In this document: in pieces, positions 54,493 through 63,971 of the stretch | Numbering within the stretch: the first letter of the stretch is position 1 | Layout of the letters: the number at the start of each line of letters is the position of its first letter | Assembly (NCBI GenBank): GCA_051251855.1 | Contig: JBPOGI010000006.1 | Span: 32,001-96,000, forward strand | DNA: 64,000 bases | Origin: Roseibacillus sp. | GTDB taxonomy: Bacteria; Verrucomicrobiota; Verrucomicrobiia; Verrucomicrobiales; Akkermansiaceae | Reading direction: 5' to 3' | Made by a program: the position numbers and the translations under genes | Notes under the pieces: generated by a model | Seen by the model: the letters and a program-made list of their open reading frames with translations, nothing else | What the model was told of the DNA's origin: nothing | Databases searched by the model: none

Positions 54493-57400
54493 TACTCCGT
54501 TATGAGCTCTTCAATGCGGAAGAACGCTTTCTTAAGCGTGATTGGAGTCTGCGCCCCGTAGGTGCTAATAAAGGAGTCGGCGCTAGGGAAAATCTGAAAC
54601 GGATCACTGACGACTGGGGTGGTTCCACTGCTAAGCTCATACACTCGATTCGGATTGCTCGTGTAGGTGATGAGGGTTTCGTGGTTGCCAGCAACATTGA
54701 TGGTTGTTTTGCAGTCGAGGATTCGGAGGTCGGTATCCTCGGGAAGACCCAGTAATTCAATTTCCGCGATGGCGAGTCCTTCCGTGAAGGGATTGCTATC
54801 TTCTTGGAAGCGCAGGTTAGGGAAGATCAAGCGATAGGAACGATAGGGCTGGGATTGAATCGAACGGTAGAAGAATTGGGGGGTTGTGCGGCTGGCAAAG
54901 GCGGGCACTTCTCCAGAGAAGACAGGGATGTAGTTCCAGTCATCGTTGGTGCCTAAAAGGAGGAAGGTCTTGGGGTCGCGATTGACGGTAAAGGTCTCGT
55001 CCGACACCTGGATGCTTAGTCCAACAATAGAGGCAGCACCGATGCGTGGGGTGATATCGAGGCCCGCATTGATGTTGGCGAAGGTGAAGTGCTTCGCGGA
55101 GGTGTTGTTGATGGTTTGCTCGGGACCTTCGCCCGCAGGGCTGGCGGGAGCATCGGCTGGGAAGGCTTGGATCGAACTGGTGGGGTCTGTGATGTCGGCA
55201 AAAGCGGAAGGAGGGGCGACAACGGTGATGAGCTCGCCCCAATCGGGCTGGGTGGCTCCGATATCGGGATTGCCGAAGCGGGATTCGCCGCGCTGATCGA
55301 GTTGCGGAGTCTCATCAGTGAGCATGCCATTGCCAAGTGCCGGGGAACCAGGGAGGGGGAGGATGGTGGGAGTAGGGCCACCGTTGTTAATCAGGGCTGG
55401 GCCGTTGTCACCGATGTCGCCGACGAGAAGGGGCTCGAGGGGAGTGGTGCCATCACCGACATAGTTGCCATCTGTGTTGGGGCTATCGGCTGGAAAGGCT
55501 GTGGAAGAGCCGGTATTGTCGCGGATGAGATTGGGGGCTGTGAAAGAAGAGGATGTTGCAGCTGAATACCTAATGTCGGGGGTGGAGGCGCCGGTATTGT
55601 GAGCAATCAGGGTATTTCCAATTGTGATCGAACCACCGTTATTACTTAGTCCACCACCACTTCCATTTGAATTATTTCTGACGACTGTGCAGTTATGAAG
55701 GGTCATCGTCGAGGTGGAACCATTGTTCTCGATTCCGCCTGCAAATCCATCGGCTTGATTGTCAAAGATAGTGCAATTGGTAGCCAAGAGCGTACCGCCG
55801 CCAAGATTGATAATTCCGCCTCCGGCATTGGTCGAGGTGTTGCCAAAGATAGTGCAATTGAGAAGAGTCATCGTCGTACCTGCAGTCGAATTGGAAACAC
55901 CGCCGCCATTAGCGGCACGACCACCTGTGATGGAGAATCCATCGAGAGTGATTGTTCCGCCGCTGAAGGAGCTCACGACTCTTCCTGCTTGATTGCCATC
56001 GAGGGTAATTCCTCCAGCTGACTGTGCGTCAAGGATGAGGGTCTTGTTAGGCATGGTGAGTTGCCCAGTGAGAGTGATGGTGTTGTTCTCGCCACCGGTG
56101 AAAAATTCGGAGTCGAAATCAATGTAGGCTGGCGAAGTGGCATCGACGAGGGCTTGCCGGAGACTGCCAGGACCGGAGTCGTTGTTGTTCGCAACTTGGA
56201 CAATGGACGGAGCGGTGAGGGTGACATCGTTTCCGCTCCCTCCGAGATAGCTGATGGCGGCCACATGGGCGCTCGTATTTCCGAAGGAGAGCAATTCTCC
56301 TTCGGGAAGCCCGAGAAAGTTGCCGAGGATGGTATCCGAGGCGTCGTTTTCGATGAGGACGAAGGAATCACCTTCTTGCAAAGGCTCGAAACCAATAGCT
56401 CGCAAACTTGCTTGGGTGAGATCAAGTTCGCCATTAACCACAAGAGGCTGGAGGAGAGTGGGGTCGTCGAAGATTTGCTGAAAGCGACCCTCAATCGCAA
56501 AAGTTTTGCCAACCAAAGAAAGGCTTCCGCCAGAGAAGCTTTGCTGCACATACCCATCGATGGCTGCAACGATGAACCGATCCACTTCGGCAGGTGAGAT
56601 GTCGCCATCAATGGTGATGGTGCCTACTTCGCTTTCGCAAACAAGATTGCTGGTGAAGAAGCGGTCGAGTTCGGCATCGGTAAGATCCAGTCGATCAGAG
56701 GCAGAGAAACCGCCGAGGTGAAGGTTATCAATCGCGTTGGTAGGAGCGAGCGTGACCGAGCCCGAAGGTGCTCCCGCTTCGATGATAGCTGTCGCTGCCA
56801 GCTGAAGTCCGGTGGTTTCGATTCGGATGCTTCCTGCCGTAGAAGGGGTCTGTAAGGAAGAGGTACCGTTCATGACTAAACCTTGTTCTTCCCCTATCTC
56901 GTCGACGGCAACGATTACGAGGTTGCCGCCTCCAGTCTTGATGCGTGCTTCGTCGCCGGCCATTTCGATGCCGTAGTTGGCGTTCGAGCCTAGCGGACCG
57001 CGTCCGATTCCGGTCACGGTGACATCTCCTCCATTGAGGGCCGAAATTTCGGTATTAGGAAAGAGGGCGACTCCAATGCCAAAGTCGACACCCGAGTCAC
57101 CGCCTGTCCCCGTGACGACCACGTCTCCTCCGGTGCTCGAAATTTTGGTGCCGACACCAAACAGGGTGATCCCGCGGTTGACCCGATCTGGGGAGGAGCC
57201 ACCAGTTCCCTCCACGGTCACGACTCCCGAACCCCCGATGATTTGCGCCCCCGAGCTGAGTTGGATGCCTAGTTGGCCGAATCCTGCATTTCCGCCTCGT
57301 CCCGTGATATCGATGTTCCCCGTTCCGGTACTCGTGATCAGAGTTCCACTGGAATTTCCTTCGATGAAAACGCCGGTGAAGGTTCCTGGATTCGGGGTCG

Positions 57401-58346
57401 TGCTAGCGTTCCCTTCAATGCGGATTCTGCCATTGGCGGTGGTGAGGGTTGCTCCGCCACTGACTTTCACCTGTTGGTCGCAACGGAGGGTGATGTCTCC
57501 GTCTCCGGTGGTGGTGATGGCGGCTCCTGCTCCGACGTTGATCTGATCGGCCACGACAAACCCTTCGTTGGTCAGGTTGACGCTCAAATCGCGGTCAATG
57601 GCGAAGTCGATGGTACCGGAGAAGTTGAGAGTGTCGTCACCATCCCCTCCGTTGATGGAAAGGCGAGGAAAGTTGGAGGGAAGGTTTTCGACGTTGATGA
57701 TGTCGTCACCGTCTCTGGCTTGGATTGTGATCGAGGTAATTCCAGAGAGATCCAGATTGCCTGAGGAGCCGGTTATCTGGGGCCCGGTCGTTAAGGCGAA
57801 GGTGCGACCAGGAGCAGAGAATAAGAGCTTCGAGGGGTCGGACGCCGCTGCTGCCACGGTGAGGGTGTCGCTATTGCCGCTTTCATCAGAGATGGTGAGC
57901 GATGATCCGTTCGGAGTGATTTGGTAGTCGGGGAGTTTTTCAACGACAAAGGTCGTGCTCCAAGGGGTTCCCGTTGAAGTTCCTACAATGGCGGAAAGGT
58001 TATAACTTCCTGCTGGTAAGGATGCAGGAAGCGGATTTATTTCGATCGAAAATGAATCAAATGAGTAAGAATAGAGAACGGTATTGGCGAATGAGATGGA
58101 GCGGGATTGAGATAGGAGTCCAGTAGTGCCGATGGAGCCGCTAGCCGAAACAAGTCGATGACCAGCGGGGACCGTCACATTGAGTTGATCTCTGCCGTCA
58201 TTGGGCGTGGATAGATTGCCACTGACCGTATTACTGCCGACATCGAGGGTATAGGGTGTGCCCGGGTTGAAGTTGGAAAAATCCGTGCTTTCGACCAAAT
58301 CGGCTGCAGAGAGAGAGCCCGCAGCTGAGATTCCGATCAAAAGCAA
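54492..58346 (-). CDS. Large secreted adhesin-like protein (Gly-rich beta-helix, choice-of-anchor-Q-like, galactose-binding-like domain); start region ambiguous
   Basis: DSGPGSLRQAL, NNGGPTPT..PLPGSPA...DQRG..R...PDIGA, RDPK.F.L.G.ND...YRSYRL.F. In-frame TGA at 58356-58358 downstream of ATG 58376. Confidence 0.8.
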   Translation of the reverse strand: MLLIGISAAGSLSAADLVESTDFSNFNPGTPYTLDVGSNTVSGNLSTPNDGRDQLNVTVPAGHRLVSASGSIGTTGLLSQSRSISFANTVLYSYSFDSFSIEINPLPASLPAGSYNLSAIVGTSTGTPWSTTFVVEKLPDYQITPNGSSLTISDESGNSDTLTVAAAASDPSKLLFSAPGRTFALTTGPQITGSSGNLDLSGITSITIQARDGDDIINVENLPSNFPRLSINGGDGDDTLNFSGTIDFAIDRDLSVNLTNEGFVVADQINVGAGAAITTTGDGDITLRCDQQVKVSGGATLTTANGRIRIEGNASTTPNPGTFTGVFIEGNSSGTLITSTGTGNIDITGRGGNAGFGQLGIQLSSGAQIIGGSGVVTVEGTGGSSPDRVNRGITLFGVGTKISSTGGDVVVTGTGGDSGVDFGIGVALFPNTEISALNGGDVTVTGIGRGPLGSNANYGIEMAGDEARIKTGGGNLVIVAVDEIGEEQGLVMNGTSSLQTPSTAGSIRIETTGLQLAATAIIEAGAPSGSVTLAPTNAIDNLHLGGFSASDRLDLTDAELDRFFTSNLVCESEVGTITIDGDISPAEVDRFIVAAIDGYVQQSFSGGSLSLVGKTFAIEGRFQQIFDDPTLLQPLVVNGELDLTQASLRAIGFEPLQEGDSFVLIENDASDTILGNFLGLPEGELLSFGNTSAHVAAISYLGGSGNDVTLTAPSIVQVANNNDSGPGSLRQALVDATSPAYIDFDSEFFTGGENNTITLTGQLTMPNKTLILDAQSAGGITLDGNQAGRVVSSFSGGTITLDGFSITGGRAANGGGVSNSTAGTTMTLLNCTIFGNTSTNAGGGIINLGGGTLLATNCTIFDNQADGFAGGIENNGSTSTMTLHNCTVVRNNSNGSGGGLSNNGGSITIGNTLIAHNTGASTPDIRYSAATSSSFTAPNLIRDNTGSSTAFPADSPNTDGNYVGDGTTPLEPLLVGDIGDNGPALINNGGPTPTILPLPGSPALGNGMLTDETPQLDQRGESRFGNPDIGATQPDWGELITVVAPPSAFADITDPTSSIQAFPADAPASPAGEGPEQTINNTSAKHFTFANINAGLDITPRIGAASIVGLSIQVSDETFTVNRDPKTFLLLGTNDDWNYIPVFSGEVPAFASRTTPQFFYRSIQSQPYRSYRLIFPNLRFQEDSNPFTEGLAIAEIELLGLPEDTDLRILDCKTTINVAGNHETLITYTSNPNRVYELSSGTTPVVSDPFQIFPSADSFISTYGAQTPITLKKAFFRIEELITE

Positions 58347-58488
58347 ACACCACTTTCACCCCACTTTATGAGTCATGCTTGGATTGAGGGCTAGAAACGG
58401 AGGGATAGCAACGAAACTCGGGATTTTCGGGTAGACACTCTCTTCTGCGCCTCTTGTGGGAACGGCGTTGAAGTGCTATGGGTTTGCC

Positions 58489-59352
58489 ATGAGTTTCGGA
58501 TATGGCGGTGGTTCTTACGGCTCGGGTGGCGAGAACTGGCAGCAACCTCTCTTTCGCATTGGGCGTCTTCCTATCAATGTCACCGCGTTGGTGATTCTAC
58601 TGCAGGTGGTAGGGATGTTGATTGTGGTGGCGCTTCCTAAGCAGACCTCTTCTTTGGCTGCTTTTGTTCCTGAGGCATTCTTGTCGGGTTCGATCTGGCA
58701 GGCAGTGACTTACCCGTTTTTTGCGATGCCGAGTATCTTCCTGCTGATTGGGATGTATTTTTTCTACAACTTTGGCGGAATGGTGGAAAACGCTTTGGGT
58801 AGAGCTCGCTATGTCCGTTTGCTTCTGGCGGTGATGCTGCTTCCTTCTGTGGTGGTGGTGTTGACGCATCTCTTGAGCGTGCCCGGTTTCTTGGTGGGAT
58901 CGCAACTTCCTCATCTCGCTGTCTTTGTGGCCGCAATCGCGATGATGCCCAATGCGCCGACGATGTTTTTTGGTTTTCCTATCAAGTGGCTCGCGGTTGC
59001 CTTCGTTGCTTTGGGGATGCTGCAGTATCTGATGATGCGGAATTTCGGCGCCTGCCTCGCGTTAGTCTCGGTGGTTTATTTCGCTCTTTGGTGGATGAAG
59101 CAGGCAGGGCATGTGAGTCAATGGGGAGTGGTCGATGATGTTCTGGGGCCACGACCTCAGCGGAAGACTCGCAAGAAGAAGGCGTCCCCAAAACGGAAGC
59201 AGAGCTATGAGAAAAAGTTGAAGCCACGCACCAAGATCGCTTCTTCGAAGAGCAAAGACGTGGATCGCATTTTGGACAAAATTAACGAGCAGGGGCTTCA
59301 CTCCCTGACGGAGGAAGAGCGTCTGATTTTGCAAAAAGAGAGTAAGCGGTAG
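58489..59352 (+). CDS. Rhomboid-family membrane protein with C-terminal DUF6576-like domain
   Basis: IWQAVTYPF, FG..VE..LG; C-terminal VDRILDKI...GL.SLT.EER..L. Confidence 0.85.
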   Translation: MSFGYGGGSYGSGGENWQQPLFRIGRLPINVTALVILLQVVGMLIVVALPKQTSSLAAFVPEAFLSGSIWQAVTYPFFAMPSIFLLIGMYFFYNFGGMVENALGRARYVRLLLAVMLLPSVVVVLTHLLSVPGFLVGSQLPHLAVFVAAIAMMPNAPTMFFGFPIKWLAVAFVALGMLQYLMMRNFGACLALVSVVYFALWWMKQAGHVSQWGVVDDVLGPRPQRKTRKKKASPKRKQSYEKKLKPRTKIASSKSKDVDRILDKINEQGLHSLTEEERLILQKESKR

Positions 59353-59490
59353 CGAGGCGTGGTGGCGCTGGATTCGGTTCCTTTTTGCTCTAAGTAGAAC
59401 GGCCGTTCGCTTAGTTGACTGAAAAGAAAGGCTGATTCCTGAAGTCAACGACTGCGTTAGATGTTGTCGTGGTTAGACCAAACCTGCTGT

Positions 59491-59769
59491 GGACGACTGA
59501 AGTCGAATGGCACTGTGATAGTCGAAAAGTCGGGCCTTTCAAAAGCAGTGGCCGCAGGCTTGAGAGGGTGGCTTTTTAAGCCGCTGGGGAGGCTCTCGCT
59601 CATAAGAGGGCCGACGAATCAGCATAGGAACAGCGGATTCGAGAACGAACAGGCCTACCCTCAACTGACGGCAATATAAGGTGGCGGCTTGGAAAGACCA
59701 CGCTCCCGTTTCCTTGCCTTCGACACTACAAGGTGGCTTAACACAGTGCCATTCGGCTGAAGTCGATCC
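59491..59769. repeat. Nested REP-like structure: outer inverted repeat enclosing a RAYT-family REP doublet
   Basis: Outer arms 59491-59517 / 59742-59769 (CGAATGGCACTGTG is a perfect inverted match). Inner units GAGAGGGTGGCTTTTTAAGCCGC and GCGGCTTGGAAAGACCACGCTCCCGT. Confidence 0.75.
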
Positions 59770-59860
59770 TCCTATCTGGCAGAGCTAGGAATCATCGGTC
59801 TCTTTGGCAGAGAGCTGTAAAAACGTTGTAGACGGGGTGGGTTCCGCTATCACTAGCGCC

Positions 59861-60688
59861 ATGACGGATGAGGAAATGATGAGCTGTGAGGAGAGTGGTC
59901 GCCAAGTTGAGCGATTGCGGGCCATCATGCATCGTTTGCGCGCGCCGAAGGGGTGTCCGTGGGATGCTGAGCAGACGCATGAATCCCTCGTCTCGAATTT
60001 ACTCGAAGAGGCTTATGAGGTGGTGGCTGCCATTCGTTCGGGCGATGGCGAGAATTTGCAAGAAGAGTTAGGGGACCTTTTATTACAGGTGGTCTTTCAC
60101 TCTGAGTTGGCGAGCGAGCGTGGCGCCTTTGACCTCGATGAGGTGGCGCGTGGGATTTCCGAGAAGCTCATTCGTCGTCACCCGCATGTTTATGGCGAGA
60201 GTGCGGCGGGAGATAGCGGTGCGGTGCTGAAACAGTGGGAGGAGATCAAGCGGGCTGAAAAAGGAGACCAAGATGAGCCCTATCTCCATGGAGTGGGGAA
60301 GGGGTTACCGGCCACTTTGCGCGGTTACAAATTGCAGAAGAAGGCGGCGAAGGTGGGATTCGATTGGGCTGAGGCGCAGGGAATTGTGGGTAAGATTGAA
60401 GAAGAGCTAGGAGAAGTGAAGGAGGAGTTGGCTCGAGTGGAAAATGGGGAAGATGCGCGTCTCGAACTTGAGCAAGAGATTGGTGATCTTCTTTTTGTGA
60501 CCGTCAATTTGGCGCGCAAATTGAAAATTGATCCCGAGGTGGCTTTGGAGGGAACCAACGTGAAGTTTGAGAAGCGCTTTGGCTATCTAGAAAAGATTCT
60601 TAAGGATAGAGGCACGAGCTTGGATGAGGCGACCATTGAGGAGATGAACGTTCTCTGGGAAGAGGCGAAGAGTAGAGCAACTGCCTAG
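59861..60688 (+). CDS. mazG: Nucleoside triphosphate pyrophosphohydrolase MazG
   Basis: LR...GCPWD.EQT, EEAYEV, EELGDLLLQVVFH, KLIRRHPHV, VGFDW, EIGDLLF, KF..RF. Confidence 0.95.
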   Translation: MTDEEMMSCEESGRQVERLRAIMHRLRAPKGCPWDAEQTHESLVSNLLEEAYEVVAAIRSGDGENLQEELGDLLLQVVFHSELASERGAFDLDEVARGISEKLIRRHPHVYGESAAGDSGAVLKQWEEIKRAEKGDQDEPYLHGVGKGLPATLRGYKLQKKAAKVGFDWAEAQGIVGKIEEELGEVKEELARVENGEDARLELEQEIGDLLFVTVNLARKLKIDPEVALEGTNVKFEKRFGYLEKILKDRGTSLDEATIEEMNVLWEEAKSRATA

Positions 60689-60829
60689 AGGTTGACTGAA
60701 ATTCTGACAAGAATTCGGCACTATTCTAAACGACTGGGTGAGAAGTCTTTCCTTCTTATGAACAGCTGCGGGACACACTTCTACTTTCTATGAGTTGAAA
60801 AAGTGCTCGTTCAGCTCATCGTCGGGTGA

Positions 60830-61138
60830 GTGAAAGCCATCCTCCTGTTCCTTCTTTTCTCTTTCCTCGCCTGCAGCTGTCATCGTATTCCCGAGGTGAC
60901 TCCAAAAATGGCCAGTGAGTTTGAGGTCGAGGAGAGCCAGCTCCAGCTGGGGCGCGAACTTTATCTTAAGAACTGCAATCGCTGTCATAGCCGTGTCTTC
61001 CCCGGTAATCTTGATGCCGAATATTGGCGTGAGATTGTTCCGCACATGGCCAAGAATGCCGAACTAGAGGAAGGGGACGAACAAGCCATTTTGCTCTACC
61101 TCATGGCCGCTCACAATGAGGTCCATAACATCCACTAG
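60830..61138 (+). CDS. Small monoheme cytochrome c lipoprotein
   Basis: GTG start, FLACSC lipobox, GRELY..NCNRCH heme motif, distal W...VPHM. Confidence 0.8.
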   Translation: MKAILLFLLFSFLACSCHRIPEVTPKMASEFEVEESQLQLGRELYLKNCNRCHSRVFPGNLDAEYWREIVPHMAKNAELEEGDEQAILLYLMAAHNEVHNIH

Positions 61139-61238
61139 CGCACCCAACTCAACCCTGAGGCGAGTCTTTGTTAGAAATTTGGTCTCTGGGAGCTTCTTGT
61201 CTTTCGACTTTGATGAGGATGGTGTGGACCTGCACTCT

Positions 61239-62315
61239 CTAGAGGCTCTGGCTGAAGGAGTCCTTGGGCTTGAGGTCGAGGAGCATGTTCGCCAAGAGTT
61301 GGACGGTCTGGTTGATGTCTCGGCGATGAGCTGTTTCCACCACTGAATGCATGCAGCGGAGGGGGAGGGAAACGAGGGCGGACGGAATGCCATTGTGAAC
61401 GTCGTAGATGGAGTCGGTGTCGGTGCCGGTGAAGCGACCAACCGCTTCGTGTTGAAGAGGGACTTTGACTTTGGTGGCCACCTTTTGCAGGCGCTCGACC
61501 ACCAGTGGGTGGTTAGCTCCTCCGTGGGAGACGGTAGGGCCCTCGCCCAGTTTGACGTCGCCGGTTTTGGCCGGGCTGAGCCCGGGGGTGTCGGTGGCGT
61601 GGGTGACGTCGAGACAGACGCATGCGGTGGGATGAATCCGGTTGGTGGCCATTTTGGCTCCGAAGCCTCCGATTTCCTCCTGCACGGCATTGAGGCAGAC
61701 GAGCGTCCAGGCAGGTTTCTTGTCGGCAGCTGCTACGATCTTCATGGCTTGCGCAATGATGTAGCCACCGATGCGGTTATCGAGAGCGCGACTGACGAGA
61801 AGGTCTTTGCCGAGTTCCATCGGGCCGTCGATGTAAACCGCAGGATGGCCGACTCGCAGACCGAGGGCGGCCACTTCGGCGGGATTGGAGGCACCGACAT
61901 CGACCCAGAGGTCGTGGGTTTGTGGTGCCTTTTCGCTGGCGAGAGAATCGCGGCGAAGGTGGATGGCGGTGTTGCCGATGATTCCTGTCACTTCACCTTT
62001 GTCGCCCAGAATGCGAAGGCGTCGACCGCGCGCTGTGGCGACATCGGAACCACCGACTCGGTCGAGACGCAGGAAGCCGTTTTTCTCAACGTGCTTGATG
62101 ATGAAGCCAATTTCGTCGGCATGGGCCTCGAGCATGAGAACGTTTTTGGAAGTGCCTTTGATGGTGGCCCAGGTGGAACCGTAAGTGTCGCACTCCACTT
62201 CATCTGCGAAGTCTTTCACGTAGTCCGCCCAGACGCGCTGGCCCGGCATTTCCCAACCGGTGGGGCTGGGGGTTTCGAGAAGTTTGAAGAGAAATTTTTG
62301 GTCGGCCTTGGTCAT
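61239..62315 (-). CDS. M42 family aminopeptidase
   Basis: PSPTG.E, AHADEIG, RALDNRIG, VQEEIG, LDVTHA, TGTDTD, LR.MHS. Confidence 0.93.
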   Translation of the reverse strand: MTKADQKFLFKLLETPSPTGWEMPGQRVWADYVKDFADEVECDTYGSTWATIKGTSKNVLMLEAHADEIGFIIKHVEKNGFLRLDRVGGSDVATARGRRLRILGDKGEVTGIIGNTAIHLRRDSLASEKAPQTHDLWVDVGASNPAEVAALGLRVGHPAVYIDGPMELGKDLLVSRALDNRIGGYIIAQAMKIVAAADKKPAWTLVCLNAVQEEIGGFGAKMATNRIHPTACVCLDVTHATDTPGLSPAKTGDVKLGEGPTVSHGGANHPLVVERLQKVATKVKVPLQHEAVGRFTGTDTDSIYDVHNGIPSALVSLPLRCMHSVVETAHRRDINQTVQLLANMLLDLKPKDSFSQSL

Positions 62316-62384
62316 GTCAAAGACTCAAGACGGGTCGCGCCAAGACGCAAGAATTCTTTCTCTCCAGATGGCTACTTTTCTTCT

Positions 62385-63713
62385 TTAACCCAGCCAAGTG
62401 AGGAAGGACTTTTCGTCTGGCTCCATCGCGAGAGCGACTTTGGGCTCGTCGGCGAGACAGGCGAGGCGCTCGGGGACGATGGTGGTGCCGGCACCGAGTT
62501 CCTCTTCCATGGTGGGGAGAAACTTGGAGGGGTGGGCGGTGGCGAGAATGACTTTGGGGCCGGAGGTCTCGATGTCTTTGGCGGCGAGGTAGGCGACGGC
62601 GGTATGGGGGCACATCGCGTAATTGTATTTGTCCCAGACTTCGCGAATGGCTTGGCGAGTGACGGTATCGGTGTAGGCAAGGCCCTCAATGTGTGAGGAC
62701 ATTTCGGTGACGGCGTCAGCTTCGGTGACGCGCTCGGCATCGGGGTTGGCCGGACGAGCGAAGAGGTCGACCATGCGCGCGAAGTTGGAGGGAGCTCCCA
62801 CGTCCATGGCGTTGGAGATGGTGGCAACGCTGGGACGTGGTTGATATTGCCCGTTTTGGAGGTAGCGGGGGACGACGTCGTTGGCATTGGTAGCGGCCAC
62901 GAATTTTTCGATAGGTAAGCCTAGGCGATAAGCGAGGAGCCCTGCGGTGAGGTTGCCGAAGTTTCCGGAGGGGATGATGAAGGTGGGCTTGCTGCCTTCG
63001 GGGAGTTGGCGGGCGGCCTCGAAGTAATAGAAGGACTGGGGAATGAGACGCGAGATATTGATGGAGTTTGCCGAGGTTAGGTTGAGACGCTCGGAGAGGT
63101 CGCGGTCGGCGAAGGCGGCTTTGACGAGGCGTTGGCAGTCGTCGAAGGTGCCGCTAATTTCGAGGGCGGTGATGTTTCCGCCGAGGGTGGTGAGCTGTTT
63201 TTCCTGGAGGTCAGAGACGCCGCCTTTGGGATAAAGGATGATCACTTTGGTGCCGGGAACGTTGTGGAAAGCACTCGCTACCGCGCCGCCGGTGTCGCCG
63301 GACGTGGCCACGAGGACGGTGAGTTCGCGTCCGTCGTCTTTGGTCAAATAGCCCATCAGGCGTGCCATAAAGCGGGCGCCGAAATCTTTGAAGGCGAGAG
63401 TGGGACCGTGGAAAAGCTCGAGGACGGAGAGGTTGTTGGTGAGAGGGTGGAGGGGCGCGGGGAAGTTGATAGCCTCGTGGACGAGCGGCTGGAGATCTTC
63501 ATCGGGGATGGTCCCTTGCAAGATGTGTTTGGTGACTTGAAAGCCGAGTTCGCCGAGAGAGAGGTCGCGCCAGTTTTCCCAAAAGGAGTCCGGCAGAGGG
63601 GTGAGTTCCTCGGGCATGTAGAGGCCACGGTCGGCAGGGAGGGAGCGCAGAACGGCTTCCTTGAGAGGCTGTACGTTCTGGCGATTGTTGGTGGAATAAA
63701 ATTGAGTGGGCAT
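62385..63713 (-). CDS. thrC: Threonine synthase
   Basis: LELFHGPTLAFKDFG, ATSGDTG, SANSIN..R, PSGNFGN, SNAMDV..PSNF.R, TAHP.KF. Confidence 0.97.
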   Translation of the reverse strand: MPTQFYSTNNRQNVQPLKEAVLRSLPADRGLYMPEELTPLPDSFWENWRDLSLGELGFQVTKHILQGTIPDEDLQPLVHEAINFPAPLHPLTNNLSVLELFHGPTLAFKDFGARFMARLMGYLTKDDGRELTVLVATSGDTGGAVASAFHNVPGTKVIILYPKGGVSDLQEKQLTTLGGNITALEISGTFDDCQRLVKAAFADRDLSERLNLTSANSINISRLIPQSFYYFEAARQLPEGSKPTFIIPSGNFGNLTAGLLAYRLGLPIEKFVAATNANDVVPRYLQNGQYQPRPSVATISNAMDVGAPSNFARMVDLFARPANPDAERVTEADAVTEMSSHIEGLAYTDTVTRQAIREVWDKYNYAMCPHTAVAYLAAKDIETSGPKVILATAHPSKFLPTMEEELGAGTTIVPERLACLADEPKVALAMEPDEKSFLTWLG

Positions 63714-63906
63714 GGCTTTCCAGAGACCGGGCGGGGGTAGGCGGTAGCTTCGGATGACGCTTTTGGAGAGAAATTACAAGCGGGAAAGGCCTGTTGAAGG
63801 CTCGACGTTTGGCTTTCAGGGGTTCAATCCGCTTCGAGTAGTCGCCAACAATCTTCCGGGTTCAGGTGGCTTCCTGGCCAATTTTCGGAAAAACTCTGTG
63901 GTGATG

Positions 63907-63948
63907 AAGAAAGAAACCTTCTGCCCCAAGTGGAGCAGAAGGCTTTTT
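63907..63948 (-). terminator. Rho-independent terminator (possibly bidirectional)
   Basis: AAACCTTCTGCCCC-AAGT-GGAGCAGAAGGCTT with A- or T-rich runs on both sides. Confidence 0.8.
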
Positions 63949-63971
63949 GGATTACCGTCGAAACTGTTCTT

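Noticed and set aside
59861..60688. mazG and the SNF2 helicase as anti-phage defence components
   Set aside because: MazG is the ordinary two-domain housekeeping type in a housekeeping context, and the SWIM-SNF2 gene has no defence-type neighbours.
63781..63850. GGGGTTCAATCC resembling a tRNA T-loop
   Set aside because: No acceptor stem, D-arm or anticodon arm could be folded around it.
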